A stretch of DNA of 64,000 nt from Eledone cirrhosa (lineage: Eukaryota), in contig OZ024742.1 in the NCBI GenBank assembly GCA_964016885.1, positions 21,824,001 through 21,888,000 of the forward strand, given 5' to 3'. The notes under the pieces are model-generated. The model was not told where the DNA came from. It searched no databases and was given only the letters and a program-made list of their open reading frames with translations. This document shows positions 1-15,000 of this stretch, in pieces. Position numbers and translations under genes: made by a program. Each line of letters begins with the position of its first letter. Position 1 is the stretch's first letter.

Positions 1-3000
1 CAGTGTCGTTAAAACGTAGGATAGAATAACAGAGTGGTTAGAACGTTAGATAGAATGGCAGAGTCGTTAGAATGTCGGATAGAATGGCCGAGTGGTTAGA
101 ACGTTAGATAGAATGGTAGAGTCGTTAGAACCTCGAATAGAATGGCAGAGTCGTTAGAACGTCGGAGAGAATAGCCGAATCGTTAGAACGTCGGATAGAA
201 TGCCAGAGTCGTTAGAATGTCGGATAGAATGGCCGAGTCGTTAGAACGTTGGATAGAATGGCCTAGTGGTTAGAACGTTAGATAGAATGGTAGAGTCGTT
301 AGAACCTCGGATAGAATGGAAGAGTCGTTAGAACGTCGGATAGAATAGCAGAGTGGTTAGAACGTCGGATAGAATGGCAGAGTCGTTAGAATGTCGGAGA
401 GAATAGACGAATCGTTAGAACGTCGGATAGAATGCCAGAGTCGTTAGAATGTCGGATAGAATGGCCGAGTCGTTAGAACGTCGGATAGAATGGCCGAGTC
501 GTTAGAACGTCGGCTAGAATGGCAGAGTTGTTAGAACGTCGGATAGAATGGCCGAGTACTTAGAATGTCGGAGAAAATGGCAGAGTCGTTAGAACATTAG
601 ATAGAATGGCAGAGTCGTTAGTACGTGGGATAGAATGGCAGAGACGTTAGAACGTTAGATAGTATAGCAGAGTCGTTAGAACGTTAGATAGAATGGCAGA
701 GTCATTAGAAGGTCGTATAGAATGGTAGAGTCGTTAGAACGTCGGATGTAATAGCAGAGTGGTTAGAACGTTACATAGAATGGCAGAGTCGTTAGAATGT
801 CGGATAGAATGGCAGAGTGGTTAGAACGTTCGATAGAATGGCAGCGTCGTTATAACGTTAGATAGATTAGCAGAGTCATTAAACGTTAGATAGTATGGCA
901 GTGTCGTTAGAACGTTAGATAGAATGACAGAGTTGTTAGAACGTTAGATAGTATGGCAGAGTCGTCAGAACGTCAGATAGAATGGCAGAGTCGTTAGAAT
1001 GCCGGACAGAATGGCGAGCTCGTTAGAACGTCGGGTAGAATGGCCGAGTGGTCAGAATGTTGGATAGAATGGCCGAGTGGTTAGAACGCCGGTTAAAACG
1101 GCCGAGTCGTTAGAAGGTTGGATAGAATAGCAGAGTGGTTAGAACGTCGGATAGAATGGCAGAGTGGTTAGAACGTCAGATAGAATGGCAGAGTCGTTAG
1201 AATGCCGGACAGAATGGCAGAGTCGTTAGAACGTTAGAAAAATGGCAGAGTCGTTAGAACGTCGGATAGAATGGCCGAGTAGTTAGAACGTCGGATATAA
1301 TGGAAGAGTCGTTAGAACGTCGGATAGAATGACAGAGTCGTTAGAACGTTGGATAGAATGGCCGAGTGGTTAGAACGTTAGATAGAATGGCAGAGTGGTT
1401 AGAACGTTAGATAGAATGACTGAGTCGTTAGAACGTCTGATAGAATGGCCGAGTCGTTAGAACGTCGGATAGAATGGCCGAGTCGTTCGAACGTTATCTA
1501 GAATGGCTGAGTCGTCAGAAGTCGGATAGAATGGCCGAGTACTTAGAATGTCTGATAAAATGGCAGAGTCGTTAGAAAGTTAGACAGAATGGCAGAGTCG
1601 TTAGAACATCGGATAGAATGGCAGAGTCGTTAGAACGTCGGATGGAATGGCTGAGTCGTTAGAAGGTTGGATAGAATAGCAGAGTGGTTAGAACGTCGGA
1701 TAGAATGGCAGAGTCCTTAGAATGTGAGATAGAATGGCAGAGTCGTTAGAACGTCGGATAGAATGGAAGAGTCGTTAGAACGTTAGATAGAATGGCAGAG
1801 TCGTTAGAACGTCGGATAGAATGGCAGAGTCGTTAGAACGTTAGATAGAATAGCATAGTCAGTAGAACGTTAGATAATATGGCAGAGTCGTTGGAACGTT
1901 AGATAGAATGCCAAAGTCGATAGAACGTTAGATAGTAGGGCAGAGTGGTTAGAACGTCGGATAGAATGGCAGAGTCGTTAGTACGTGGGATAGGATGGCA
2001 GAGTCGTTAGTACGTGGGCTAGAATGGCAGAGTCGTTAGAACGTTAGATAGAATGGCAGAGTCGTTAGTACGTGGGATAGAATGGCAGAGACGTTAGAAC
2101 GTTAGATAGAATAGCAGAGTCGTAAGAACGTTAGATAGAGTGGCAGAGTCATTAGAAGGTCGTATAGAATGGTAGAGTCGTTAGAACGTCGGATATAATG
2201 GCAGAGTGGTTAGTACGTTACATAGAATGGCAGAGTCTTTAGAATGTCGGATAGAATGGCAGAGTGGTTAGAACGTTAGATAGAATGGCAGAGTCGTTAG
2301 AATGTGAGATAGAATGGTAGAGTCGTTAGAACGTCGAAGATAATGCCAGAGTCGTTAGAACTTTGGATAGAATGGCCGAGTGGTTAGAACGTCGGATAGA
2401 AAGGCAAAGTCGTTAGAACGTTGGATAGAATGGTAGAGTCGTTAGAACGTTAGATAGAATGGTAGAGTCGTTAGAAAGTTAGATAGAATGGCAGAGTCGT
2501 TAGAACGTTAGATAGAATGGCAGAGTCGTTAGAACGTCGGATAGAATGGCAGAGTCGTTAGAACGTTGGATAGAATGGTAGAGTCGTTAGAAAGTTAGAT
2601 AGAATGGCAGAGTCGTTAGAACGTTAGATAGAATGGCAGAGTCGTTAGAACGTCGGATAGAATGGCAGAGTCGTTAGAACGTTGGATAGAATGGCCGAGT
2701 GGTTAGAACGTCGGATAGAATGGCAAAGTCGTTAGAACGTTAGATAGAATGGCAGAGTCGTTAGAATGCCGGATAGAATGGCAGAGTCGTTAGAATGCAG
2801 GACAGAATGGCAGAGTCGTTAGAACCTCGGATAGAATGGCCGAGTGGTTAGAACGTTGGATAGAATGTCCGAGTGGTTAGAACGTTAGATAGAATGGCTG
2901 AGTCGTTAGAACGTCTGATAGAATGGCCGAGTCGTTAAAACGTCGGATAGAATGGCCGAGTCGATAAAACGTCGGATAGAATGGCAGAGTCGTTAGAACG

Positions 3001-6000
3001 TTAGATAGAATGGCAGAGTCGTTAGTACGTGGGATAGAATGGCAGAGACGTTAGAACGTTAGATAGAATAGCAGAGTCGTAAGAACGTTAGATAGAGTGG
3101 CAGAGTCGTTAGAACTTTACATAGTATAGCAGAGTCGTTAGAACGTTAGATAGAATGGCAGAGTCATTAGAAGGTCGGATAGAATGGTAGAGTCGTTAGA
3201 ACGTTGGATAGAATGGCAGAGTGGTTAGAACGTTAGATCGAATGGCAGAGTCGTTAGAATGTCGGATAGAATGGCAGAGTGGTTAGAACGTCGGATAGAA
3301 GGGCCGAGTGGTTAGAACGTTGGATAGAATGGCCGAGTGGTTAGAACGTTAGATAGAATGCCAGAGTCGTTAGAACGTCGGATAGAATGGAAGAGTCGTT
3401 AGACTGTCGGATAGGATGACAGTGTCGTTAAAACGTAGGATAGAATAACAGAGTGGTTAGAACGTTAGATAGAATGGCAGAGTCGTTAGAATGTCGGATA
3501 GAATGGCCGAGTGGTTAGAACGTTAGATAGAATGGTAGAGTCGTTAGAACCTCGAATAGAATGGCAGAGTCGTTAGAACGTCGGAGAGAATAGCCGAATC
3601 GTTAGAACGTCAGATAGAATGCCAGAGTCGTTAGAATGTCGGATAGAATGGCCGAGTCGTTAGAACGTTGGATAGAATGGCCTAGTGGTTAGAACGTTAG
3701 ATAGAATGGTAGAGTCGTTAGAACCTCGGATAGAATGGAAGAGTCGTTAGAACGTCGGATAGAATAGCAGAGTGGTTAGAACGTCGGATAGAATGGCAGA
3801 GTCGTTAGAATGTCGGAGAGAATAGACGAATCGTTAGAACGTCGGATAGAATGCCAGAGTCGTTAGAATGTCGGATAGAATGGCCGAGTCGTTAGAACGT
3901 CGGATAGAATGGCCGAGTCGTTAGAACGTCGGCTAGAATGGCAGAGTTGTTAGAACGTCGGATAGAATGGCCGAGTACTTAGAATGTCGGAGAAAATGGC
4001 AGAGTCGTTAGAACATTAGATAGAATGGCAGAGTCGTTAGTACGTGGGATAGAATGGCAGAGACGTTAGAACGTTAGATAGTATAGCAGAGTCGTTAGAA
4101 CGTTAGATAGAATGGCAGAGTCATTAGAAGGTCGTATAGAATGGTAGAGTCGTTAGAACGTCGGATGTAATAGCAGAGTGGTTAGAACGTTACATAGAAT
4201 GGCAGAGTCGTTAGAATGTCGGATAGAATGGCAGAGTGGTTAGAACGTTCGATAGAATGGCAGCGTCGTTATAACGTTAGATAGATTAGCAGAGTCATTA
4301 AACGTTAGATAGTATGGCAGTGTCGTTAGAACGTTAGATAGAATGACAGAGTTGTTAGAACGTTAGATAGTATGGCAGAGTCGTCAGAACGTCAGATAGA
4401 ATGGCAGAGTCGTTAGAATGCCGGACAGAATGGCGAGCTCGTTAGAACGTCGGGTAGAATGGCCGAGTGGTCAGAATGTTGGATAGAATGGCCGAGTGGT
4501 TAGAACGCCGGTTAAAACGGCCGAGTCGTTAGAAGGTTGGATAGAATAGCAGAGTGGTTAGAACGTCGGATAGAATGGCAGAGTGGTTAGAACGTCAGAT
4601 AGAATGGCAGAGTCGTTAGAATGCCGGACAGAATGGCAGAGTCGTTAGAACGTTAGAAAAATGGCAGAGTCGTTAGAACGTCGGATAGAATGGCCGAGTA
4701 GTTAGAACGTCGGATATAATGGAAGAGTCGTTAGAACGTCGGATAGAATGACAGAGTCGTTAGAACGTTGGATAGAATGGCCGAGTGGTTAGAACGTTAG
4801 ATAGAATGGCAGAGTGGTTAGAACGTTAGATAGAATGACTGAGTCGTTAGAACGTCTGATAGAATGGCCGAGTCGTTAGAACGTCGGATAGAATGGCCGA
4901 GTCGTTCGAACGTTATCTAGAATGGCTGAGTCGTCAGAAGTCGGATAGAATGGCCGAGTACTTAGAATGTCTGATAAAATGGCAGAGTCGTTAGAAAGTT
5001 AGACAGAATGGCAGAGTCGTTAGAACATCGGATAGAATGGCAGAGTCGTTAGAACGTCGGATGGAATGGCTGAGTCGTTAGAAGGTTGGATAGAATAGCA
5101 GAGTGGTTAGAACGTCGGATAGAATGGCAGAGTCCTTAGAATGTGAGATAGAATGGCAGAGTCGTTAGAACGTCGGATAGAATGGAAGAGTCGTTAGAAC
5201 GTTAGATAGAATGGCAGAGTCGTTAGAACGTCGGATAGAATGGCAGAGTCGTTAGAACGTTAGATAGAATAGCATAGTCAGTAGAACGTTAGATAATATG
5301 GCAGAGTCGTTGGAACGTTAGATAGAATGCCAAAGTCGATAGAACGTTAGATAGTAGGGCAGAGTGGTTAGAACGTCGGATAGAATGGCAGAGTCGTTAG
5401 TACGTGGGATAGGATGGCAGAGTCGTTAGTACGTGGGCTAGAATGGCAGAGTCGTTAGAACGTTAGATAGAATGGCAGAGTCGTTAGTACGTGGGATAGA
5501 ATGGCAGAGACGTTAGAACGTTAGATAGAATAGCAGAGTCGTAAGAACGTTAGATAGAGTGGCAGAGTCATTAGAAGGTCGTATAGAATGGTAGAGTCGT
5601 TAGAACGTCAGATATAATGGCAGAGTGGTTAGTACGTTACATAGAATGGCAGAGTCGTTAGAATGTCGGATAGAATGGCAGAGTGGTTAGAACGTTAGAT
5701 AGAATGGCAGAGTCGTTAGAATGTGAGATAGAATGGTAGAGTCGTTAGAACGTCGAAGATAATGCCAGAGTCGTTAGAACTTTGGATAGAATGGCCGAGT
5801 GGTTAGAACGTCGGATAGAAAGGCAAAGTCGTTAGAACGTTGGATAGAATGGTAGAGTCGTTAGAACGTTAGATAGAATGGTAGAGTCGTTAGAAAGTTA
5901 GATAGAATGGCAGAGTCGTTAGAACGTTAGATAGAATGGCAGAGTCGTTAGAACGTCGGATAGAATGGCAGAGTCGTTAGAACGTTGGATAGGATGGCAG

Positions 6001-9000
6001 AGTCGTTAGTACGTGGGCTAGAATGGCAGAGTCGTTAGAACGTTAGATAGAATGGCAGAGTCGTTAGTACGTGGGATAGAATGGCAGAGACGTTAGAACG
6101 TTAGATAGAATAGCAGAGTCGTAAGAACGTTAGATAGAGTGGCAGAGTCATTAGAAGGTCGTATAGAATGGTAGAGTCGTTAGAACGTCGGATATAATGG
6201 CAGAGTGGTTAGTACGTTACATAGAATGGCAGAGTCTTTAGAATGTCGGATAGAATGGCAGAGTGGTTAGAACGTTAGATAGAATGGCAGAGTCGTTAGA
6301 ATGTGAGATAGAATGGTAGAGTCGTTAGAACGTCGAAGATAATGCCAGAGTCGTTAGAACTTTGGATAGAATGGCCGAGTGGTTAGAACGTCGGATAGAA
6401 AGGCAAAGTCGTTAGAACGTTGGATAGAATGGTAGAGTCGTTAGAACGTTAGATAGAATGGTAGAGTCGTTAGAAAGTTAGATAGAATGGCAGAGTCGTT
6501 AGAACGTTAGATAGAATGGCAGAGTCGTTAGAACGTCGGATAGAATGGCAGAGTCGTTAGAACGTTGGATAGAATGGTAGAGTCGTTAGAAAGTTAGATA
6601 GAATGGCAGAGTCGTTAGAACGTTAGATAGAATGGCAGAGTCGTTAGAACGTCGGATAGAATGGCAGAGTCGTTAGAACGTTGGATAGAATGGCCGAGTG
6701 GTTAGAACGTCGGATAGAATGGCAAAGTCGTTAGAACGTTAGATAGAATGGCAGAGTCGTTAGAATGCCGGATAGAATGGCAGAGTCGTTAGAATGCAGG
6801 ACAGAATGGCAGAGTCGTTAGAACCTCGGATAGAATGGCCGAGTGGTTAGAACGTTGGATAGAATGTCCGAGTGGTTAGAACGTTAGATAGAATGGCTGA
6901 GTCGTTAGAACGTCTGATAGAATGGCCGAGTCGTTAAAACGTCGGATAGAATGGCCGAGTCGATAAAACGTCGGATAGAATGGCAGAGTCGTTAGAACGT
7001 TAGATAGAATGGCAGAGTCGTTAGTACGTGGGATAGAATGGCAGAGACGTTAGAACGTTAGATAGAATAGCAGAGTCGTAAGAACGTTAGATAGAGTGGC
7101 AGAGTCGTTAGAACTTTACATAGTATAGCAGAGTCGTTAGAACGTTAGATAGAATGGCAGAGTCATTAGAAGGTCGGATAGAATGGTAGAGTCGTTAGAA
7201 CGTTGGATAGAATGGCAGAGTGGTTAGAACGTTAGATCGAATGGCAGAGTCGTTAGAATGTCGGATAGAATGGCAGAGTGGTTAGAACGTCGGATAGAAG
7301 GGCCGAGTGGTTAGAACGTTGGATAGAATGGCCGAGTGGTTAGAACGTTAGATAGAATGCCAGAGTCGTTAGAACGTCGGATAGAATGGAAGAGTCGTTA
7401 GACTGTCGGATAGGATGACAGTGTCGTTAAAACGTAGGATAGAATAACAGAGTGGTTAGAACGTTAGATAGAATGGCAGAGTCGTTAGAATGTCGGATAG
7501 AATGGCCGAGTGGTTAGAACGTTAGATAGAATGGTAGAGTCGTTAGAACCTCGAATAGAATGGCAGAGTCGTTAGAACGTCGGAGAGAATAGCCGAATCG
7601 TTAGAACGTCAGATAGAATGCCAGAGTCGTTAGAATGTCGGATAGAATGGCCGAGTCGTTAGAACGTTGGATAGAATGGCCTAGTGGTTAGAACGTTAGA
7701 TAGAATGGTAGAGTCGTTAGAACCTCGGATAGAATGGAAGAGTCGTTAGAACGTCGGATAGAATAGCAGAGTGGTTAGAACGTCGGATAGAATGGCAGAG
7801 TCGTTAGAATGTCGGAGAGAATAGACGAATCGTTAGAACGTCGGATAGAATGCCAGAGTCGTTAGAATGTCGGATAGAATGGCCGAGTCGTTAGAACGTC
7901 GGATAGAATGGCCGAGTCGTTAGAACGTCGGCTAGAATGGCAGAGTTGTTAGAACGTCGGATAGAATGGCCGAGTACTTAGAATGTCGGAGAAAATGGCA
8001 GAGTCGTTAGAACATTAGATAGAATGGCAGAGTCGTTAGTACGTGGGATAGAATGGCAGAGACGTTAGAACGTTAGATAGTATAGCAGAGTCGTTAGAAC
8101 GTTAGATAGAATGGCAGAGTCATTAGAAGGTCGTATAGAATGGTAGAGTCGTTAGAACGTCGGATGTAATAGCAGAGTGGTTAGAACGTTACATAGAATG
8201 GCAGAGTCGTTAGAATGTCGGATAGAATGGCAGAGTGGTTAGAACGTTCGATAGAATGGCAGCGTCGTTATAACGTTAGATAGATTAGCAGAGTCATTAA
8301 ACGTTAGATAGTATGGCAGTGTCGTTAGAACGTTAGATAGAATGACAGAGTTGTTAGAACGTTAGATAGTATGGCAGAGTCGTCAGAACGTCAGATAGAA
8401 TGGCAGAGTCGTTAGAATGCCGGACAGAATGGCGAGCTCGTTAGAACGTCGGGTAGAATGGCCGAGTGGTCAGAATGTTGGATAGAATGGCCGAGTGGTT
8501 AGAACGCCGGTTAAAACGGCCGAGTCGTTAGAAGGTTGGATAGAATAGCAGAGTGGTTAGAACGTCGGATAGAATGGCAGAGTGGTTAGAACGTCAGATA
8601 GAATGGCAGAGTCGTTAGAATGCCGGACAGAATGGCAGAGTCGTTAGAACGTTAGAAAAATGGCAGAGTCGTTAGAACGTCGGATAGAATGGCCGAGTAG
8701 TTAGAACGTCGGATATAATGGAAGAGTCGTTAGAACGTCGGATAGAATGACAGAGTCGTTAGAACGTTGGATAGAATGGCCGAGTGGTTAGAACGTTAGA
8801 TAGAATGGCAGAGTGGTTAGAACGTTAGATAGAATGACTGAGTCGTTAGAACGTCTGATAGAATGGCCGAGTCGTTAGAACGTCGGATAGAATGGCCGAG
8901 TCGTTCGAACGTTATCTAGAATGGCTGAGTCGTCAGAAGTCGGATAGAATGGCCGAGTACTTAGAATGTCTGATAAAATGGCAGAGTCGTTAGAAAGTTA

Positions 9001-12000
9001 GACAGAATGGCAGAGTCGTTAGAACATCGGATAGAATGGCAGAGTCGTTAGAACGTCGGATGGAATGGCTGAGTCGTTAGAAGGTTGGATAGAATAGCAG
9101 AGTGGTTAGAACGTCGGATAGAATGGCAGAGTCCTTAGAATGTGAGATAGAATGGCAGAGTCGTTAGAACGTCGGATAGAATGGAAGAGTCGTTAGAACG
9201 TTAGATAGAATGGCAGAGTCGTTAGAACGTCGGATAGAATGGCAGAGTCGTTAGAACGTTAGATAGAATAGCATAGTCAGTAGAACGTTAGATAATATGG
9301 CAGAGTCGTTGGAACGTTAGATAGAATGCCAAAGTCGATAGAACGTTAGATAGTAGGGCAGAGTGGTTAGAACGTCGGATAGAATGGCAGAGTCGTTAGT
9401 ACGTGGGATAGGATGGCAGAGTCGTTAGTACGTGGGCTAGAATGGCAGAGTCGTTAGAACGTTAGATAGAATGGCAGAGTCGTTAGTACGTGGGATAGAA
9501 TGGCAGAGACGTTAGAACGTTAGATAGAATAGCAGAGTCGTAAGAACGTTAGATAGAGTGGCAGAGTCATTAGAAGGTCGTATAGAATGGTAGAGTCGTT
9601 AGAACGTCAGATATAATGGCAGAGTGGTTAGTACGTTACATAGAATGGCAGAGTCGTTAGAATGTCGGATAGAATGGCAGAGTGGTTAGAACGTTAGATA
9701 GAATGGCAGAGTCGTTAGAATGTGAGATAGAATGGTAGAGTCGTTAGAACGTCGAAGATAATGCCAGAGTCGTTAGAACTTTGGATAGAATGGCCGAGTG
9801 GTTAGAACGTCGGATAGAAAGGCAAAGTCGTTAGAACGTTGGATAGAATGGTAGAGTCGTTAGAACGTTAGATAGAATGGTAGAGTCGTTAGAAAGTTAG
9901 ATAGAATGGCAGAGTCGTTAGAACGTTAGATAGAATGGCAGAGTCGTTAGAACGTCGGATAGAATGGCAGAGTCGTTAGAACGTTGGATAGAATGGTAGA
10001 GTCGTTAGAAAGTTAGATAGAATGGCAGAGTCGTTAGAACGTTAGATAGAATGGCAGAGTCGTTAGAACGTCGGATAGAATGGCAGAGTCGTTAGAACGT
10101 TGGATAGAATGGCCGAGTGGTTAGAACGTCGGATAGAATGGCAAAGTCGTTAGAACGTTAGATAGAATGGCAGAGTCGTTAGAATGCCGGATAGAATGGC
10201 AGAGTCGTTAGAATGCAGGACAGTATGGCAGAGTCGTTAGAACCTCGGATAGAATGGCCGAGTGGTTAGAACGTTGGATAGAATGTCCGAGTGGTTAGAA
10301 CGTTAGATAGAATGGCTGAGTCGTTAGAACGTCTGATAGAATGGCCGAGTCGTTAAAACGTCGGATAGAATGGCCGAGTCGATAAAACGTCGGATAGAAT
10401 GGCAGAGTCGTTAGAACGTTAGATAGAATGGCAGAGTCGTTAGTACGTGGGATAGAATGGCAGAGACGTTAGAACGTTAGATAGAATAGCAGAGTCGTAA
10501 GAACGTTAGATAGAGTGGCAGAGTCGTTAGAACTTTACATAGTATAGCAGAGTCGTTAGAACGTTAGATAGAATGGCAGAGTCATTAGAAGGTCGGATAG
10601 AATGGTAGAGTCGTTAGAACGTTGGATAGAATGGCAGAGTGGTTAGAACGTTAGATCGAATGGCAGAGTCGTTAGAATGTCGGATAGAATGGCAGAGTGG
10701 TTAGAACGTCGGATAGAAGGGCCGAGTGGTTAGAACGTTGGATAGAATGGCCGAGTGGTTAGAACGTTAGATAGAATGCCAGAGTCGTTAGAACGTCGGA
10801 TAGAATGGAAGAGTCGTTAGACTGTCGGATAGGATGACAGTGTCGTTAAAACGTAGGATAGAATAACAGAGTGGTTAGAACGTTAGATAGAATGGCAGAG
10901 TCGTTAGAATGTCGGATAGAATGGCCGAGTGGTTAGAACGTTAGATAGAATGGTAGAGTCGTTAGAACCTCGAATAGAATGGCAGAGTCGTTAGAACGTC
11001 GGAGAGAATAGCCGAATCGTTAGAACGTCGGATAGAATGCCAGAGTCGTTAGAATGTCGGATAGAATGGCCGAGTCGTTAGAACGTTGGATAGAATGGCC
11101 TAGTGGTTAGAACGTTAGATAGAATGGTAGAGTCGTTAGAACCTCGGATAGAATGGAAGAGTCGTTAGAACGTCGGATAGAATAGCAGAGTGGTTAGAAC
11201 GTCGGATAGAATGGCAGAGTCGTTAGAATGTCGGAGAGAATAGACGAATCGTTAGAACGTCGGATAGAATGCCAGAGTCGTTAGAATGTCGGATAGAATG
11301 GCCGAGTCGTTAGAACGTCGGATAGAATGGCCGAGTCGTTAGAACGTCGGCTAGAATGGCAGAGTTGTTAGAACGTCGGATAGAATGGCCGAGTACTTAG
11401 AATGTCGGAGAAAATGGCAGAGTCGTTAGAACATTAGATAGAATGGCAGAGTCGTTAGTACGTGGGATAGAATGGCAGAGACGTTAGAACGTTAGATAGT
11501 ATAGCAGAGTCGTTAGAACGTTAGATAGAATGGCAGAGTCATTAGAAGGTCGTATAGAATGGTAGAGTCGTTAGAACGTCGGATGTAATAGCAGAGTGGT
11601 TAGAACGTTACATAGAATGGCAGAGTCGTTAGAATGTCGGATAGAATGGCAGAGTGGTTAGAACGTTCGATAGAATGGCAGCGTCGTTATAACGTTAGAT
11701 AGATTAGCAGAGTCATTAAACGTTAGATAGTATGGCAGTGTCGTTAGAACGTTAGATAGAATGACAGAGTTGTTAGAACGTTAGATAGTATGGCAGAGTC
11801 GTCAGAACGTCAGATAGAATGGCAGAGTCGTTAGAATGCCGGACAGAATGGCGAGCTCGTTAGAACGTCGGGTAGAATGGCCGAGTGGTCAGAATGTTGG
11901 ATAGAATGGCCGAGTGGTTAGAACGCCGGTTAAAACGGCCGAGTCGTTAGAAGGTTGGATAGAATAGCAGAGTGGTTAGAACGTCGGATAGAATGGCAGA

Positions 12001-15000
12001 GTGGTTAGAACGTCAGATAGAATGGCAGAGTCGTTAGAATGCCGGACAGAATGGCAGAGTCGTTAGAACGTTAGAAAAATGGCAGAGTCGTTAGAACGTC
12101 GGATAGAATGGCCGAGTAGTTAGAACGTCGGATATAATGGAAGAGTCGTTAGAACGTCGGATAGAATGACAGAGTCGTTAGAACGTTGGATAGAATGGCC
12201 GAGTGGTTAGAACGTTAGATAGAATGGCAGAGTGGTTAGAACGTTAGATAGAATGACTGAGTCGTTAGAACGTCTGATAGAATGGCCGAGTCGTTAGAAC
12301 GTCGGATAGAATGGCCGAGTCGTTCGAACGTTATCTAGAATGGCTGAGTCGTCAGAAGTCGGATAGAATGGCCGAGTACTTAGAATGTCTGATAAAATGG
12401 CAGAGTCGTTAGAAAGTTAGACAGAATGGCAGAGTCGTTAGAACATCGGATAGAATGGCAGAGTCGTTAGAACGTCGGATGGAATGGCTGAGTCGTTAGA
12501 AGGTTGGATAGAATAGCAGAGTGGTTAGAACGTCGGATAGAATGGCAGAGTCCTTAGAATGTGAGATAGAATGGCAGAGTCGTTAGAACGTCGGATAGAA
12601 TGGAAGAGTCGTTAGAACGTTAGAGAGAATGGCAGAGTCGTTAGAACGTCGGATAGAATGGCAGAGTCGTTAGAACGTTAGATAGAATAGCATAGTCAGT
12701 AGAACGTTAGATAATATGGCAGAGTCGTTGGAACGTTAGATAGAATGCCAAAGTCGATAGAACGTTAGATAGTAGGGCAGAGTGGTTAGAACGTCGGATA
12801 GAATGGCAGAGTCGTTAGTACGTGGGATAGGATGGCAGAGTCGTTAGTACGTGGGCTAGAATGGCAGAGTCGTTAGAACGTTAGATAGAATGGCAGAGTC
12901 GTTAGTACGTGGGATAGAATGGCAGAGACGTTAGAACGTTAGATAGAATAGCAGAGTCGTAAGAACGTTAGATAGAGTGGCAGAGTCATTAGAAGGTCGT
13001 ATAGAATGGTAGAGTCGTTAGAACGTCGGATATAATGGCAGAGTGGTTAGTACGTTACATAGAATGGCAGAGTCGTTAGAATGTCGGATAGAATGGCAGA
13101 GTGGTTAGAACGTTAGATAGAATGGCAGAGTCGTTAGAATGTGAGATAGAATGGTAGAGTCGTTAGAACGTCGAAGATAATGCCAGAGTCGTTAGAACTT
13201 TGGATAGAATGGCCGAGTGGTTAGAACGTCGGATAGAAAGGCAAAGTCGTTAGAACGTTGGATAGAATGGTAGAGTCGTTAGAACGTTAGATAGAATGGT
13301 AGAGTCGTTAGAAAGTTAGATAGAATGGCAGAGTCGTTAGAACGTTAGATAGAATGGCAGAGTCGTTAGAACGTCGGATAGAATGGCAGAGTCGTTAGAA
13401 CGTTGGATAGAATGGTAGAGTCGTTAGAAAGTTAGATAGAATGGCAGAGTCGTTAGAACGTTAGATAGAATGGCAGAGTCGTTAGAACGTCGGATAGAAT
13501 GGCAGAGTCGTTAGAACGTTGGATAGAATGGCCGAGTGGTTAGAACGTCGGATAGAATGGCAAAGTCGTTAGAACGTTAGATAGAATGGCAGAGTCGTTA
13601 GAATGCCGGATAGAATGGCAGAGTCGTTAGAATGCAGGACAGAATGGCAGAGTCGTTAGAACCTCGGATAGAATGGCCGAGTGGTTAGAACGTTGGATAG
13701 AAGGGCAGAGTCGTTAGAACGTCGGATAGAATGGCAGAGTCGTTAGAACGTTAGATAGAATGGCATAGTCGTTAGAAGGTCGGAGAGAATGGCAGAGTCG
13801 TTAGAACTTTGGATAGAATGGCAGAGTCGTTATAACGTCGGATAGAATGGCGGATTCATTATAAGGTCGGATAGATTGGCAGAATCGTTAGAACGTCGGA
13901 TAGAATGGCAAAGTCGTTAGAACGTCAGATAGAATGGCAGAGTCGTTAGAATGCCGGACAGAATGGCAGAGTCGTTAAAACGTTAGAAAAATGGCAGAGT
14001 CGTTAGAATGTCGGATAGAATGGCAGAGTCGTTAGAACATCTGATAGAATGGCAGAGTCGTTAGAACGTTAGATAGAATGGCAGAGTCGTTAGAACGTGG
14101 GATAGAATGGTAGAGTCGTTAGAACCTTAAATAGAATGGCAGAGACGTTAGAACGTTAGACAGAATGGCAGAGTCGTTAGAACGTCGGATAGAATGGCAG
14201 ATTCGTTAGAACGTTAGATATAATGGCAGAGTCGTTAGAACGTTAGATAGAATGGCAGAGTCGTTAGAACGTCGGATAGAATGGTAGAGTTATTTAAACG
14301 TTAGATAGAATGGCAGAGTCGTTAGAACGTTAGATAGAATGGCAGAGTTGTTAGACCGTCGGATAGAATGGTAGAGTCGTTAGAATCTCGGATAGAATGG
14401 CAGAATTGTTAGTCCGTTAGATAGAATGGCTGAGTCGTTAAAACGTTAGATAAAATGGAAGAGTCGTTAGAACGTCGGATAGAATGGCAGAGTCGTTACA
14501 ACGTTAGATAGAATAGCATAGTCAGTAGAACGTTAGATAATATGGCAGAGTGGTTGGAACGTTAGATAGAATGCCAAAGTCGATAGAACGTCGGATAGAA
14601 TGGCCGTGTCGTTAGAACGTCCGATAGAATGTCGGAGTGGTTATAACGTTAGATAGAATGGCTGAGTCGTTAGAACGTCTGATAGAATGGCCGAGTCGTT
14701 AGAACGTCGGATAGAATGGCCGAGTCGTTAGAACGTCGGCTAGAATGGTAGAGTTGTTAGAACGTCGGATAGAATGGTAGAGTCGTTAGAACGTCGGATA
14801 GAATGGCCGAGTACTTAGGATGTCGGATAAAATGGCAGAGTCGTTAGAACGTTAGATAGAATGGCAGAGTCGTTAGTACGTGGGATAGAATGGCAGAGAC
14901 GTTAGAACGTTAGATAGAATAGCAGAGTCGTAAGAACGTTAGATAGAGTGGCAGAGTCATTAGAAGGTCGTATAGAATGGTAGAGTCGTTAGAACGTCGA

